DNA of 64,000 nucleotides, from the NCBI GenBank assembly GCA_963749705.1, contig CAVVNQ010000008.1, forward strand, positions 320,001 through 384,000, written 5' to 3'. Origin of the DNA: an uncultured Chloroflexia bacterium. Its GTDB lineage: Bacteria > Chloroflexota > Limnocylindria > Limnocylindrales > CSP1-4. This document shows positions 28,656-38,395 of the stretch, one piece after another. Position 1 is the stretch's first letter. The number at the start of each line of letters is the position of its first letter. Below the pieces are notes generated by a model. It was not told the origin of the DNA. It saw only the letters and a list, made by a program, of their open reading frames with translations, and searched no databases. A program made the translations under genes and the position numbers.

Positions 28656-28756
28656 CCGGACACGCGGGCGGGATGGCCGACGCCCACGGCGAGGCTGCGG
28701 CAGGCGCGTTCGATGGCATCCGTTGCGGCGTTGGAGCGAGCGATCTCGGCAGTCAC
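28652..28756 (-). CDS. Putative 34-aa leaderless ORF translationally coupled to DUF3307
   Basis: TAGGCT -10-like hexamer 7 nt before GTG 28756; stop overlaps the DUF3307 ATG (ATGA). Confidence 0.4.
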   Translation of the reverse strand: MTAEIARSNAATDAIERACRSLAVGVGHPARVSG

Positions 28757-28912
28757 GCGCGGCAGCCTACCCGATGCGAATCCGTCATCGTCCAAGGTTG
28801 CCGCATCCACGGGCCGAATCCGGGCGGGCGGCGCTGTCAATCTGCCGACACCATGACGGCGGGCCAGGCGCGCAGCCGGCCCCGGCGTCCTCCGGCCGGT
28901 CGCCGGAGCAGC

Positions 28913-30439
28913 TCATCCCCCGTGGCCATACCCCGGCAGCAGACCGCTCAGGGCACCGGCGAGGGCCGCCCGATGCTCGGCGGTGGCGAAGTCGAGCAGT
29001 GGATGCGATGGCAGGTCGTGCTCGACCAGGTGTCCGTCCTTGCGCACGTAGACGACCGGATAGATCTGCCCGGTGCCATCGGCCTCGACCGTCATCGCGA
29101 CGAGGTCCCTGGTCATCCCGTCGAGTGCGTGGACGAGGGGCACGATCCCCTCATCTCGGATCCCGGCCTCGGGGCTGACCGACACGACGCGGGCGAGGTA
29201 CGCCTTCTGGTGCCACAGCTCGGGGGCACAGGTCGCCTCGCGCAGGAGGTAGCCGAGGACGTCGGCAGCGGGCAGCTCCGGCCGGTCCGGGACAACGCCG
29301 AAGTGCACCTCGGCGATGTGGCGGGCCAGGATCACGCTGTTGTAGCGGTGACCCTGGACCGCGCCCGAGTAGGACGGGATGCCGTGCTTCTTGAGACCGG
29401 CGGCCGCCGAGCTGATCGTGCCGCCGAAGTAGATGCCCGGCACCGAGGTGCTCTCCCACATCGGCGTGAGGGCGGGCAGCCGGGCCGTGCCGAAGGTGGC
29501 GACACCCAGCTCGGGCAGGTCCAGGAGCGGGCACGAGAAGCCGGTCGCGGCGATGACCTCGTCGGCCTCGACGGTCATCTGGGCGCCGGTATCGGTGCGC
29601 TTGAGGTCGACGCGATAGGCATCCCCGGCGGGCACGATCCCGTCGATCGACGCGTCCAGGATCGAGACGCCCAGGCCCAGGAAGTTGTCCTCGAACGGTT
29701 GCACGTAGCGCGCTCGGACGCCGACCAGCGACCGGGTCTGCACCGAGAGCTTGGCCGGCGACGGGGAGGCAAGCACGATCTGCGACGCCCAGGAGGCGAG
29801 GCCGGAGGCCAGCTCGAACCCGGAATTCTGCTTGCCGATGATGAACAGGCGCTTGCCCGCATAGCTGGACGCCACCCGAGTGTCCGCATAGTGCCGGGCG
29901 TGCTCGATCCCGGGCTTGCTGGGCGTCAACGGCTCGGAGATCCCCACCGCGAGCACCAGGATCCGGCAGCGGTACTCGCCGTCGCTGGTCTCGAGCACGA
30001 ACGTCGGGCCCTGGGGGCCATCCTCGCGGCGCGTCCGCTCCCACCGGCAGTCGTAGCGGATATCGAGCGCCGCCCGCTCGGCGAAGGCAACCAGGTTGGC
30101 CTCCATCTCCTGGCGCGACGGGAAGTACGACGACCCGCTCATGACCTCGGCCTGGAGCGAGCGCAGCTCCGGTTCGTCGGCGATCAGGCTGTTCCAGTCG
30201 AAGCGCTGGTACTCCCTGGCCGTCCGTTCCTCCGGCGCATACGGCTTGGTCCACGACAGCAGCCGCTGGAACAGCGGCCATCGCCGGAACATGCCGCCGG
30301 GCGCCGGGTCCGCGGACAGCACCGCGTGCGGCACACCCCGCCGGCGCAACCCGTAGCTCAGCTGGAGGCCGCCCGGGCCGCTGCCGATGACGATGACCGG
30401 GTACTCCCCCGGCGGGAACGGGCGGGTGTCCACCGCCAT
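28913..30439 (-). CDS. NAD(P)/FAD-dependent oxidoreductase (FOXRED2-like)
   Basis: GSGPGGLQ, RFDWNSLI, IGKQNSGFELA, AATGF. Confidence 0.82.
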   Translation of the reverse strand: MAVDTRPFPPGEYPVIVIGSGPGGLQLSYGLRRRGVPHAVLSADPAPGGMFRRWPLFQRLLSWTKPYAPEERTAREYQRFDWNSLIADEPELRSLQAEVMSGSSYFPSRQEMEANLVAFAERAALDIRYDCRWERTRREDGPQGPTFVLETSDGEYRCRILVLAVGISEPLTPSKPGIEHARHYADTRVASSYAGKRLFIIGKQNSGFELASGLASWASQIVLASPSPAKLSVQTRSLVGVRARYVQPFEDNFLGLGVSILDASIDGIVPAGDAYRVDLKRTDTGAQMTVEADEVIAATGFSCPLLDLPELGVATFGTARLPALTPMWESTSVPGIYFGGTISSAAAGLKKHGIPSYSGAVQGHRYNSVILARHIAEVHFGVVPDRPELPAADVLGYLLREATCAPELWHQKAYLARVVSVSPEAGIRDEGIVPLVHALDGMTRDLVAMTVEADGTGQIYPVVYVRKDGHLVEHDLPSHPLLDFATAEHRAALAGALSGLLPGYGHGG

Positions 30440-30441
30440 GC

Positions 30442-30864
30442 CTAGCTCCGCCAGCGGTTCGCGTTCCGGAGGCGGCGGGCCTGGGCCTGGAGCATCCGGT
30501 ACATGATCTTCGGATACCCGACCAGGAACGGCTCCACGGCCGGCCCGGCGATCACCAGGCAGCGCATCGCCGAGGTCGCGACGACATCGGCGGTCGGAGG
30601 CTCGCCGAGCAGGATCGACACCTCGCCGAAGAAGTCGCCGCGGTGGAGGGTCGCCCGCTTCTGGCCGTCGACGATGACGTCGGCCGCACCCTCGAGGATC
30701 ACGTAGAAGCCGGACCCGGTGAGCCCCTGGCGGAGGATGCGATCCCCTTCCGGGAAGAACACCTCCTCGAAGGCGCTCGCGACGCCGATCAGCTGCGGTG
30801 TCTGGAGGTCTCCGAAGATCGCAAACCCCGCGAGGACATCCGCGATCTCCTCTCGCGTGGCCAT
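30442..30864 (-). CDS. Stand-alone cyclic nucleotide-binding domain protein
   Basis: FYVILEG, GDFFGEVSIL, PTADVVA. Confidence 0.9.
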   Translation of the reverse strand: MATREEIADVLAGFAIFGDLQTPQLIGVASAFEEVFFPEGDRILRQGLTGSGFYVILEGAADVIVDGQKRATLHRGDFFGEVSILLGEPPTADVVATSAMRCLVIAGPAVEPFLVGYPKIMYRMLQAQARRLRNANRWRS

Positions 30865-31004
30865 CGCCGAACCCTCCTGTCAACCGTCGCCCGTGATCGC
30901 TCCCGTCGCCAGCATGCTCGCACAACCGGCGGGGAGGCGGGCGCGGCGTCCCGGAACACCGCGGGGATGCCCGCCGCGGACCCTCTGTCGCCACCGGATC
31001 CGCG

Positions 31005-31033
31005 TTGACGCGAGCCTGCGCGCAGGGCACCAT
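31005..31033 (+). promoter_or_regulatory. sigma70-type promoter
   Basis: TTGACG-17-CACCAT upstream of the cNMP/cyclase operon. Confidence 0.5.
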
Positions 31034-31060
31034 GACCCACTCACGGAACCGGAGGGACCG

Positions 31061-31489
31061 ATGCCCCTGACCCAGGACCGGCGCGCGGAGCTCATCGGCG
31101 GCTGCCGGCTCTTTCACGGCCTTGACGAGCGGGGTCTGGCCGCCATCGCAGCGGCCGCGGTCGAGGTCGACTTTCCGGCCGACCGGGTGATCGCCCGCCA
31201 GGGGGAGATCGGCACCGGCTTCTTCGTCATCGTTGAGGGCGGCGTCAGGATCGTGCGCGACGGCGCCGTGGTGGCCACGCTCGGGCCGGGCGAGTTCTTC
31301 GGCGAGCTGTCGGTGCTCGATGGTGGGCCACGGGTCGCCCAGGTCGTCGCCGACGGTTCGACCAGGTGCCTCGCGCTGCCGTCATGGGACATGGAGCGGG
31401 TGCTCCACGATGAGCCGGGGGTCGCGCTGTCGGTGCTGCGGGTGGTCGCGGGCCGGCTGCGCGAGGTCACCACCGACCACCGGACGTAG
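31061..31489 (+). CDS. Stand-alone cyclic nucleotide-binding domain protein
   Basis: GGAGG RBS; FFVIVEG, GEFFGELSVL, PRVAQV. Confidence 0.9.
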   Translation: MPLTQDRRAELIGGCRLFHGLDERGLAAIAAAAVEVDFPADRVIARQGEIGTGFFVIVEGGVRIVRDGAVVATLGPGEFFGELSVLDGGPRVAQVVADGSTRCLALPSWDMERVLHDEPGVALSVLRVVAGRLREVTTDHRT

Positions 31490-31505
31490 GCACGAGCGAG
31501 GAGCG

Positions 31506-34280
31506 GTGACGGTGGCGTCCCCCGACCGCCCGACGGGTCAGATCGCGTTCCTGTTCACGGACATCGAGGGCTCGACGCGGCTGGTCGAGTCGCTTGGCAC
31601 CGCCGCCTGGGGGTCCGTCCTCGCGCGGCACCGCGCGATCATCCGGGCAGCGCTTGCCCGGCACGGCGGCCACGAGGTCGGGACGGAGGGTGACGGCTTC
31701 TTCGCCGTGTTCGGGGATCCGCTCGCGGCGGTGCGCGCGGCGGCCGACGCCCAGCGCGGGCTCGCGGACGAACCCTGGCCGTCCGGGGCGGTCCTCCGGG
31801 TCCGGATGGGGATCCACGCCGGCATCGGGGAGCTGGATCCGGACGGCGGCTACGTCGGCCACGATGTCCACCGCGCCGCGCGCGTCGCGGCGGCGGGTCA
31901 TGGCGGCCAGGTCCTGCTGTCCGAACCCGCGACGGACGCGATCACCGGGCGGGTGCCGGATGACCTCGGCATTCGGCCGCTCGGCGCCCACCGTCTCAAG
32001 GATCTCCAGCCGGAGCAGATCGCCCAGCTCCTCGTCCCCGGGCTACCGGCCGACTACCCGCCGATCCGGTCGCTCGACGCGCGACCCAACAACCTGCCGA
32101 CCCAGCTGACCTCGTTCGTCGGCCGCGAGCGCGAGCTGACCGAAGCCTCGCCGCTCATCGAGCGGTCCCGGCTGCTCACGCTGACCGGCCCCGGCGGGAC
32201 GGGCAAGACGCGCTTGTCGCTCCAGCTGGCGGCGGGCGTGGCCGACCGGTTCCCGGACGGGCTGTGGTGGGTCCCGCTCGCTGCCGTGCGCGATCCGCTG
32301 CTCATCGCGCCCACGATCCTCCGGACGGTCGGCGCGGCCGAGAACGTCGACCGGGCGCCGATCGACCAGCTCGTCGATGCGCTCGCGGGCCGGCAGGTGC
32401 TGATCGTGCTCGACAACCTGGAGCAGCTGCCCGGGGCATCGCCGATCATCGCGAACGTGCTCAAGGCTCTGCCCAAGCTGCACATCCTGGCCACCAGCCG
32501 GTCGCCGCTCCGGATCTCGGGCGAGCAGGAGTACCCGCTGACCGGCCTGCCCGCGCCGATCGCGCTGGAGCGGCTGGGCCTGATGGAGCGCGAGCGGCTG
32601 CCGGCGTCGCAGCGACAGCGGGATGCCGCCAGCCTCGGCGGCTACGAGGCGGTCGTCCTGTTCGTCACCCGTGGTGCCGCGGTTCGGCCGGGGTTCGAGC
32701 TGACCGACGACAACGCCCCCGACGTGGCCGCGATCGTGGCCCGCCTGGACGGGATCCCGCTGGCGATCGAGCTCGCCGCGGCCCGGCTGCGGTACCTGAC
32801 CCCGGCGGCGATCCGCGAGCGGCTGGAGCAGCGGCTGGACCTTCCCGGTGCGGGCGCGATGGACGTCCCGGAGCGGCAGCGGACGCTGCGCGGCGCCATC
32901 GAGTGGAGCCACGACCTGCTCGACGAACGGCACCGGCGGCTGCTCGAGCGGCTGGCGGTGTTCACCGGCGGGTTCGACCTCGACTGCGCCGAGACCGTCG
33001 CGGGCCGGAGCGAGGATCCCGGCCTGGACCTGCTGGACGGGCTGGCGACCCTCGCCGACCAGAGCCTGGTACGGACGGGCGATGCCGACGGCGAGCCGAG
33101 GTTCTCGCTGCTCGAGCCGATCCGGGAGTTCGGACTCGAGCAGCTCGAGGAATCCGGGGAGGCGGAGCGACTTCGCGAGCGCCATGCCGGGGCGTACCTC
33201 GCCCTGGCGGCGCGCCTCGAGCCGCTGCTCGCCGGGGACGACCAACGTCGCTGGCTGGACAAGCTGGAGCTGGAGCACGACAACATCCGGGCAGCGCTCG
33301 ACTGGTCCGAGGGGGCCGAGAAGCCGGAGATCGCACTCGCCCTGGCCGCCCACAGCTGGCGGTTCTGGCAGAAGCGCGGCCATCTGCGTGAGGCGCGCCG
33401 GCGCCTGAACCGGTTGCTTGCGCGGCCGTGGGCCGCGGCACCGACGCCGCTGCGCGCCGATGCATTGGAGGCGGCCGGGGGTGTCGCGTACTGGCACGGC
33501 GACTTCGAGGGCGCGCGGCCGCCATACGAGGAGGCGCTCGAGATCCGGCGGGCCACCGGATCAGCCGCGGACGTCGCCAACGCGCTGTACAACCTGTCGT
33601 TCTGCTTCACGATCGGCGGCGGCGCGACACCCGAGAACCGCCGGCGGGCCCTCGCGATCCTCAACGAGGCGCTGGACCTGTACCGTCGCGAGGGCAACGC
33701 CAGGGGCACGGCCAACGCGCTGTGGGGGATCGGGATCCACCACTACTTCCTCAACGAGAACGCCGAGGCGGTCGAGCCGTTCGAGGAAGCGCTGCGCAAC
33801 TATCGCCAGGTCGGTGACCGGACGCAGGAGGCATGGGCGATGCGCCAGCTCGGCTCGGCGCTGTTCAAGCTCGGCGACGTCGAGCGGGCTCGCCGGCTGC
33901 TGCTCGACTCCCTGCGCCTGTTCGACTCGGCGGGCGACGTGGCGGGGGTGACGATGATGTTCGACCGCCTGTCGTGGGTCGCGGCGATCGACGGTGATCG
34001 CGTCAAGGCCGGGCGGCTCCACGGGCTGGCGCGCCGGCTCCAGCAGTCGTCGGGCGCAGACCTGGCGCGGTTCGTGGAGGAGTCGTTCGAGGAAGGCTCG
34101 AAGTCGTCGGTCCGGGAGGTGCTCCCGCCTGCCGAGCTCGCCCGGTACGCGGCCCAGGGTGCCGCGATGACGCTCCAGGAAGGCGTGCGATACGCCATGT
34201 CCGAGGGTGCGGAGCCGGCCGAGGGCCCCGCGCCGTCCGGATCGATCGCCGGTGCGGCACCGCCCGAGGATCGGATATGA
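31506..34280 (+). CDS. Class III nucleotide cyclase + STAND (AfsR/NB-ARC-like) ATPase + TPR protein
   Basis: FLFTDIEGST, EGDGFF, RMGIHAG; GPGGTGKT, LDNLEQ, GIPLAIELAA; helical repeat tail. Confidence 0.92.
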   Translation: MTVASPDRPTGQIAFLFTDIEGSTRLVESLGTAAWGSVLARHRAIIRAALARHGGHEVGTEGDGFFAVFGDPLAAVRAAADAQRGLADEPWPSGAVLRVRMGIHAGIGELDPDGGYVGHDVHRAARVAAAGHGGQVLLSEPATDAITGRVPDDLGIRPLGAHRLKDLQPEQIAQLLVPGLPADYPPIRSLDARPNNLPTQLTSFVGRERELTEASPLIERSRLLTLTGPGGTGKTRLSLQLAAGVADRFPDGLWWVPLAAVRDPLLIAPTILRTVGAAENVDRAPIDQLVDALAGRQVLIVLDNLEQLPGASPIIANVLKALPKLHILATSRSPLRISGEQEYPLTGLPAPIALERLGLMERERLPASQRQRDAASLGGYEAVVLFVTRGAAVRPGFELTDDNAPDVAAIVARLDGIPLAIELAAARLRYLTPAAIRERLEQRLDLPGAGAMDVPERQRTLRGAIEWSHDLLDERHRRLLERLAVFTGGFDLDCAETVAGRSEDPGLDLLDGLATLADQSLVRTGDADGEPRFSLLEPIREFGLEQLEESGEAERLRERHAGAYLALAARLEPLLAGDDQRRWLDKLELEHDNIRAALDWSEGAEKPEIALALAAHSWRFWQKRGHLREARRRLNRLLARPWAAAPTPLRADALEAAGGVAYWHGDFEGARPPYEEALEIRRATGSAADVANALYNLSFCFTIGGGATPENRRRALAILNEALDLYRREGNARGTANALWGIGIHHYFLNENAEAVEPFEEALRNYRQVGDRTQEAWAMRQLGSALFKLGDVERARRLLLDSLRLFDSAGDVAGVTMMFDRLSWVAAIDGDRVKAGRLHGLARRLQQSSGADLARFVEESFEEGSKSSVREVLPPAELARYAAQGAAMTLQEGVRYAMSEGAEPAEGPAPSGSIAGAAPPEDRI

Positions 34281-36947
34281 GCCTCCCGGCCGGGACGGTC
34301 ACCTTCCTGTTCACGGACATCGAGGCCTCGACGAAGCTGGTTGCGGCCGTCGGGGATGCCGCGTACGGCGAGATCCTGGCCACGGAGCGCCGCCTCGTGT
34401 TGGACGCGGCGGTTGCCGAAGGCGGTGTCCCGTTCGGATCGGAGGGCGACGCGCACTTCGTCGCGTTCGGGTCGGCCTCGGCAGCGGTCCGTGCCTCGAT
34501 CGCCGCGCAGCGCGCGATCGCCGCCCACCCCTGGCCGTCCGGGCCGGTCCGCGTGCGGATGGGCCTCCACACCGGCGAGGCGCAGGTCGTCGCCGACGAC
34601 TACGTGGGGCTCGAGGTCCATCGGGCGGCCCGGGTGGCCGCGGCGGCGCACGGCGGCCAGCTGCTGATCACCGACGCCACGCGGGCGCTGGCCCACTGAA
34701 CTGCCGCGCGACATCCGGCTCAAGGACCTGGGCGAGCACCGGCTCAAGGACCTCACGCGGCCGGAGCACCTGTACCAGGTGGGGGCCGCGGACCTGGGCG
34801 ACGACTTTCCACCCCTGCGGACGCTCAACTCGACGCCCAACAACCTGCCGCCGCAGCTGACCAGCTTCGTCGGGCGGGCCGAGCTCGCGGACGCGTCGGC
34901 GCTCCTCGACGGGACCCGCCTGCTCACGCTCACCGGTCCCGGCGGGACGGGCAAGACGCGGCTGTCCCTTGCCCTTGCGGGCGACTGTGCGGATCGATTT
35001 CCGGGCGGGGCATGGTTCGTCCCGCTGGCCGCCATCAGCGATCCGGACCTGATCGCGTCCGCGATCGCGTCATCGGTCGGGCTGCTCGCCCCGGGCCAGC
35101 CGCCGTTCGAGCGCGTCGTCGAGCACTTCCGGGACCGGACGGCCCTGCTCGTGCTCGACAACTTCGAGCAGCTCGTCGCCGGGGCGCCGCTCGTCGGCGA
35201 GCTGCTGCGGGCCGCGCCGCGCCTCACCGTCATCGCCTCGAGCCGTGCGCCGCTGCGGGTGGCGGGCGAGCAGGAGTTCCCCGTCCCACCGCTGTCGCTG
35301 CCGCCGGCCGGTGCGTCCGACGTCGCCGTGCTGATGGCATCCGAGGCGGTCCGCCTGTTCGTCGAGCGGGCGATGGCCGTGCGGCCGGACTTCAGCCTGA
35401 CACCCGCGAACGGTCGCCACGTCGCGCAGATCGTGACGGCGCTCGACGGCCTGCCGCTGGCCATCGAGCTCGCCGCGGCGCGGATCCGCCTGCTGTCGCC
35501 GGCGGCGATGGCCGCGCGCCTCGGCGACCGGCTCGCGCTGCTCGGCTCCGGCGGGCGCGACCTGCCGGAACGGCAGCGAACCCTGCGCGGAGCCATCGCC
35601 TGGAGCCACGACCTGCTCGATCCGGGAGAGCGACGCCTGTTCGCGCGCCTGGGCGTGTTCGCCGGCGGCGGGACCCTCGAGCTGGCGGAATCCGTGTGCG
35701 CGCTCGATGACGACGATCCGCCCGACGACGTGCTGACCGGCCTCGAGCGCCTGGCCGAGCAGAGCCTCATCCGGATCGGCGACGACGCCCACGAGGACAT
35801 CCGGTTCACCATGCTGGAGACGATCCGCGAGTACGCGCTCGAGCGGCTCGACGAGCGCGGCGAGCACGACGTCCTTCGCACGCGGCACGCGGCGGCATTC
35901 CTCGCCCTGGTCAGCGACGCCGCGGGCGGCGGCGGCGCCGGCGACCGTGCTCGATGGCTCGACCGGCTCGAGGACGACCACGACAACCTGCGCGCGGCCA
36001 TCGACCACCTGGTCGCATCCGGCGATCGGGCGGGTGCGGCCGCGTTTGCATACGCAACGTGGCGGTTCTGGCAGATGCGCGGCCACCTCAACGAGGGCCG
36101 CAACCGGGTGGACCGTGTGCTGGCGATGCCGGGCTGGGACGAAGATCGGTCGATCGCGCGCCTGCACGCGCTCGAAGCCGCCGGCGGGCTCGCCTACTGG
36201 GCTGGCGACATGCGGATCGCCAACGCCCGGTACGCGGAGGCCGAGTCGCTGGCCCGCCGCGTGGGCGACCCGACGGAGCTCGCCAACGCGTTGTACAACC
36301 ACTTCTTCGCCAGCCGCCCCAGCGCCTCGACCGAGGACTGGATGGCGGGGCTCGCCGACGACAGCCGGCCGTTCCTCAACGAGGCGCTCGAGATCTGGAC
36401 GCGGATCGGCGATGACGACGGACGGGCCAAGGGGCTGTGGGCGCTCGCCGAGCACCACGCATACCGCCTCGAGACCGCGGAGGCCGAGACGGCGGCGACC
36501 GAGGCGCTCGCCCTGTTCGAGCGGAAGGGCGACTCGTTCTGGGTCGGGTGGTCGCACTTCACGCGCGCGTTCGCGCGCGTGCTCGCCGGCGACCCTGCCG
36601 GGTCTGGCGCGGACCTTGGCTCGGCGCTCCGCGAGTTCCAGCGGGTTCGGGACGTCTCCGGGCTGGTGCTCTGCCTGTCAGCGCTGCCCAGCGCGCTCCT
36701 GCTCGCCGGTCGCGACCTGGAGGCGTATCGGATTGCCGGAGCGGCACGGCGGGCAAGCGCGGAGACGGGCGTCTTGCTGGCCGGCCTGTGGCCGAGCGGC
36801 ACGTTCGTGTCCGCCGATCCGGAGACGAGGGACTCGGCCCTCCAGGCGGCCCTGGCCGAGGGCGCCGCATGGACGCGCGAGCACGCGATGGAGGTCGGGG
36901 TCCAGTCTGCCGACAGCCTCGCCTCGGGCCAGTCGGTCCCGTCCTGA
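34277..36947 (+). pseudogene. Second cyclase-STAND-TPR paralogue, split by a single +1 frameshift at ~34692-34697 (or sequencing indel)
   Basis: Cyclase domain ends RALAH* at 34699; the shifted frame continues ELPRDIRLKDLGEHRLKDL...GPGGTGKT to 36947. Confidence 0.85.
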
Positions 36948-36965
36948 CCGCGTAGCATGCCGGGC

Positions 36966-37205
36966 ATGGACGCGCCCGAGATGCACCCGGACCTGCACCC
37001 TGCCAGCCCGATCCGGCTGCTGGACGAGGCGGGCTTGTCGACGATGGTGCCGGCCACCGTCGGCCCGGGCCGCCCGGACGTCGAGCCCGATGACCCGGGC
37101 GAGCTCGTGCGCACCTGCGCGAACTGCGGGGCGCCCATGGACGAGCGCAAGTGCAAGCTGATCTGCCGCTGCGGCTACTTCCTGTCGTGCTCCGACTACT
37201 ACTGA
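36966..37205 (+). CDS. Small Zn-finger protein (HVO_2523-like)
   Basis: CANCGAPMDERKCKLICRCGYFLSCSDYY; TAGCAT 7 nt before ATG. Confidence 0.7.
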   Translation: MDAPEMHPDLHPASPIRLLDEAGLSTMVPATVGPGRPDVEPDDPGELVRTCANCGAPMDERKCKLICRCGYFLSCSDYY

Positions 37206-37248
37206 TCCGCGGCCCCAGCTGAGACGCCCCGGACGCTAGACTGCGCAG

Positions 37249-38106
37249 ATGGCAGAGGCGCCCGCTCCCCAGCGCACGAAGTCCGGCATCCCGCGCAATC
37301 CCGGCCGCCACGAGCTGGGCATGAAGGCCACGCTCCTGTTCCCCGACAAGGCGATCGTCGAGCGCTACTACGTGCCCCTCGTGTACACGGCCTGCCGGAC
37401 CTGCTACTCGGAGCTGGAGCCGCAGGAGATCTTCCGGCGCGCGGTCGAGGGCGAGGTCGCCCCGGCCAGCATGCAGCGCCTGATCGGCAACGTGATCGAG
37501 TCCGGCCACGGCTCGACCATCGAGCACATCGTGTTCACGTTCGCCCTCAGCGGCGTGTCCCGGACCCTGTCGCACCAGCTCGTGCGCCACCGGGCCGGCG
37601 TGGCGTTCGACCAGCAGAGCCAGCGCTACGTCAAGTACAAGGGCGCGGCCACGATGCTGCCGGCCACGATCGCGGACGCTGACGCGGAGCTTCGATCGCG
37701 ATACGAGGAGCACGTGGACGACGCGCTCGGCCTGTACGGCGAGCTGGTCGGCGCGGGCGTGCCGGGCGAGGATGCGCGGTTCGTGTTCCCCAACGCGACC
37801 CGGACGAACCTCGTGATGACCACCAACCTGCGGGCGCTGATCCACATGTCCGGGCTGCGCCTGTGCACGATGGCGCAGTGGGAGATCCGGCGCCTGTTCC
37901 AGCTGATCCGGCACGAGATCTTCGGGGTCTCGCCGTTCCTGGGCTCGTTCCTGGCGCCCAAGTGCGTGGCGCTCGGCTACTGCGACGAGTTCAACAACCG
38001 CGACGAGCACTGCCCGATCCGGCCGCACAAGGACAACGTCCTCGCGGCCTGGGCGCAGAAGCGTGACGCGGCCAAGGCGGCGGGCCGGGACCTGACCGTC
38101 CGCTGA
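37249..38106 (+). CDS. thyX: FAD-dependent thymidylate synthase
   Basis: GHGSTIEH, SHQLVRHRAGVAFDQQSQRY, EDARFVFP, AQWEIR. Confidence 0.95.
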   Translation: MAEAPAPQRTKSGIPRNPGRHELGMKATLLFPDKAIVERYYVPLVYTACRTCYSELEPQEIFRRAVEGEVAPASMQRLIGNVIESGHGSTIEHIVFTFALSGVSRTLSHQLVRHRAGVAFDQQSQRYVKYKGAATMLPATIADADAELRSRYEEHVDDALGLYGELVGAGVPGEDARFVFPNATRTNLVMTTNLRALIHMSGLRLCTMAQWEIRRLFQLIRHEIFGVSPFLGSFLAPKCVALGYCDEFNNRDEHCPIRPHKDNVLAAWAQKRDAAKAAGRDLTVR

Positions 38107-38268
38107 CCCCGCCCGGCGGCCGACGGCCGACGGGCGACGAGGCGCAGCCCGGCGCGAGCTCCGGCGTCTCGCGCGGGCATCACGGGCGAAGACCCGGGCT
38201 CGACTCCAGCCCGTACAGGGCTCTACCCCCGGGCGATCGAGCTCGCCGGCACAACCTTATACAGAGAC

Positions 38269-38296
38269 TTGACATGTCGCCAATCGTTGGTAATGT
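38269..38296 (+). promoter_or_regulatory. sigma70-type promoter of DUF4397 gene
   Basis: TTGACA-16-TAATGT with extended TG, in an AT-rich island. Confidence 0.65.
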
Positions 38297-38395
38297 CTGG
38301 ACATACCTTACACATACGTTGGACGTCCCAACGGGACCAGGCCCCGATCGGGTTCCGAGCAACAAGGATCGTCCAACCCATCGGAGGAACAGCTC

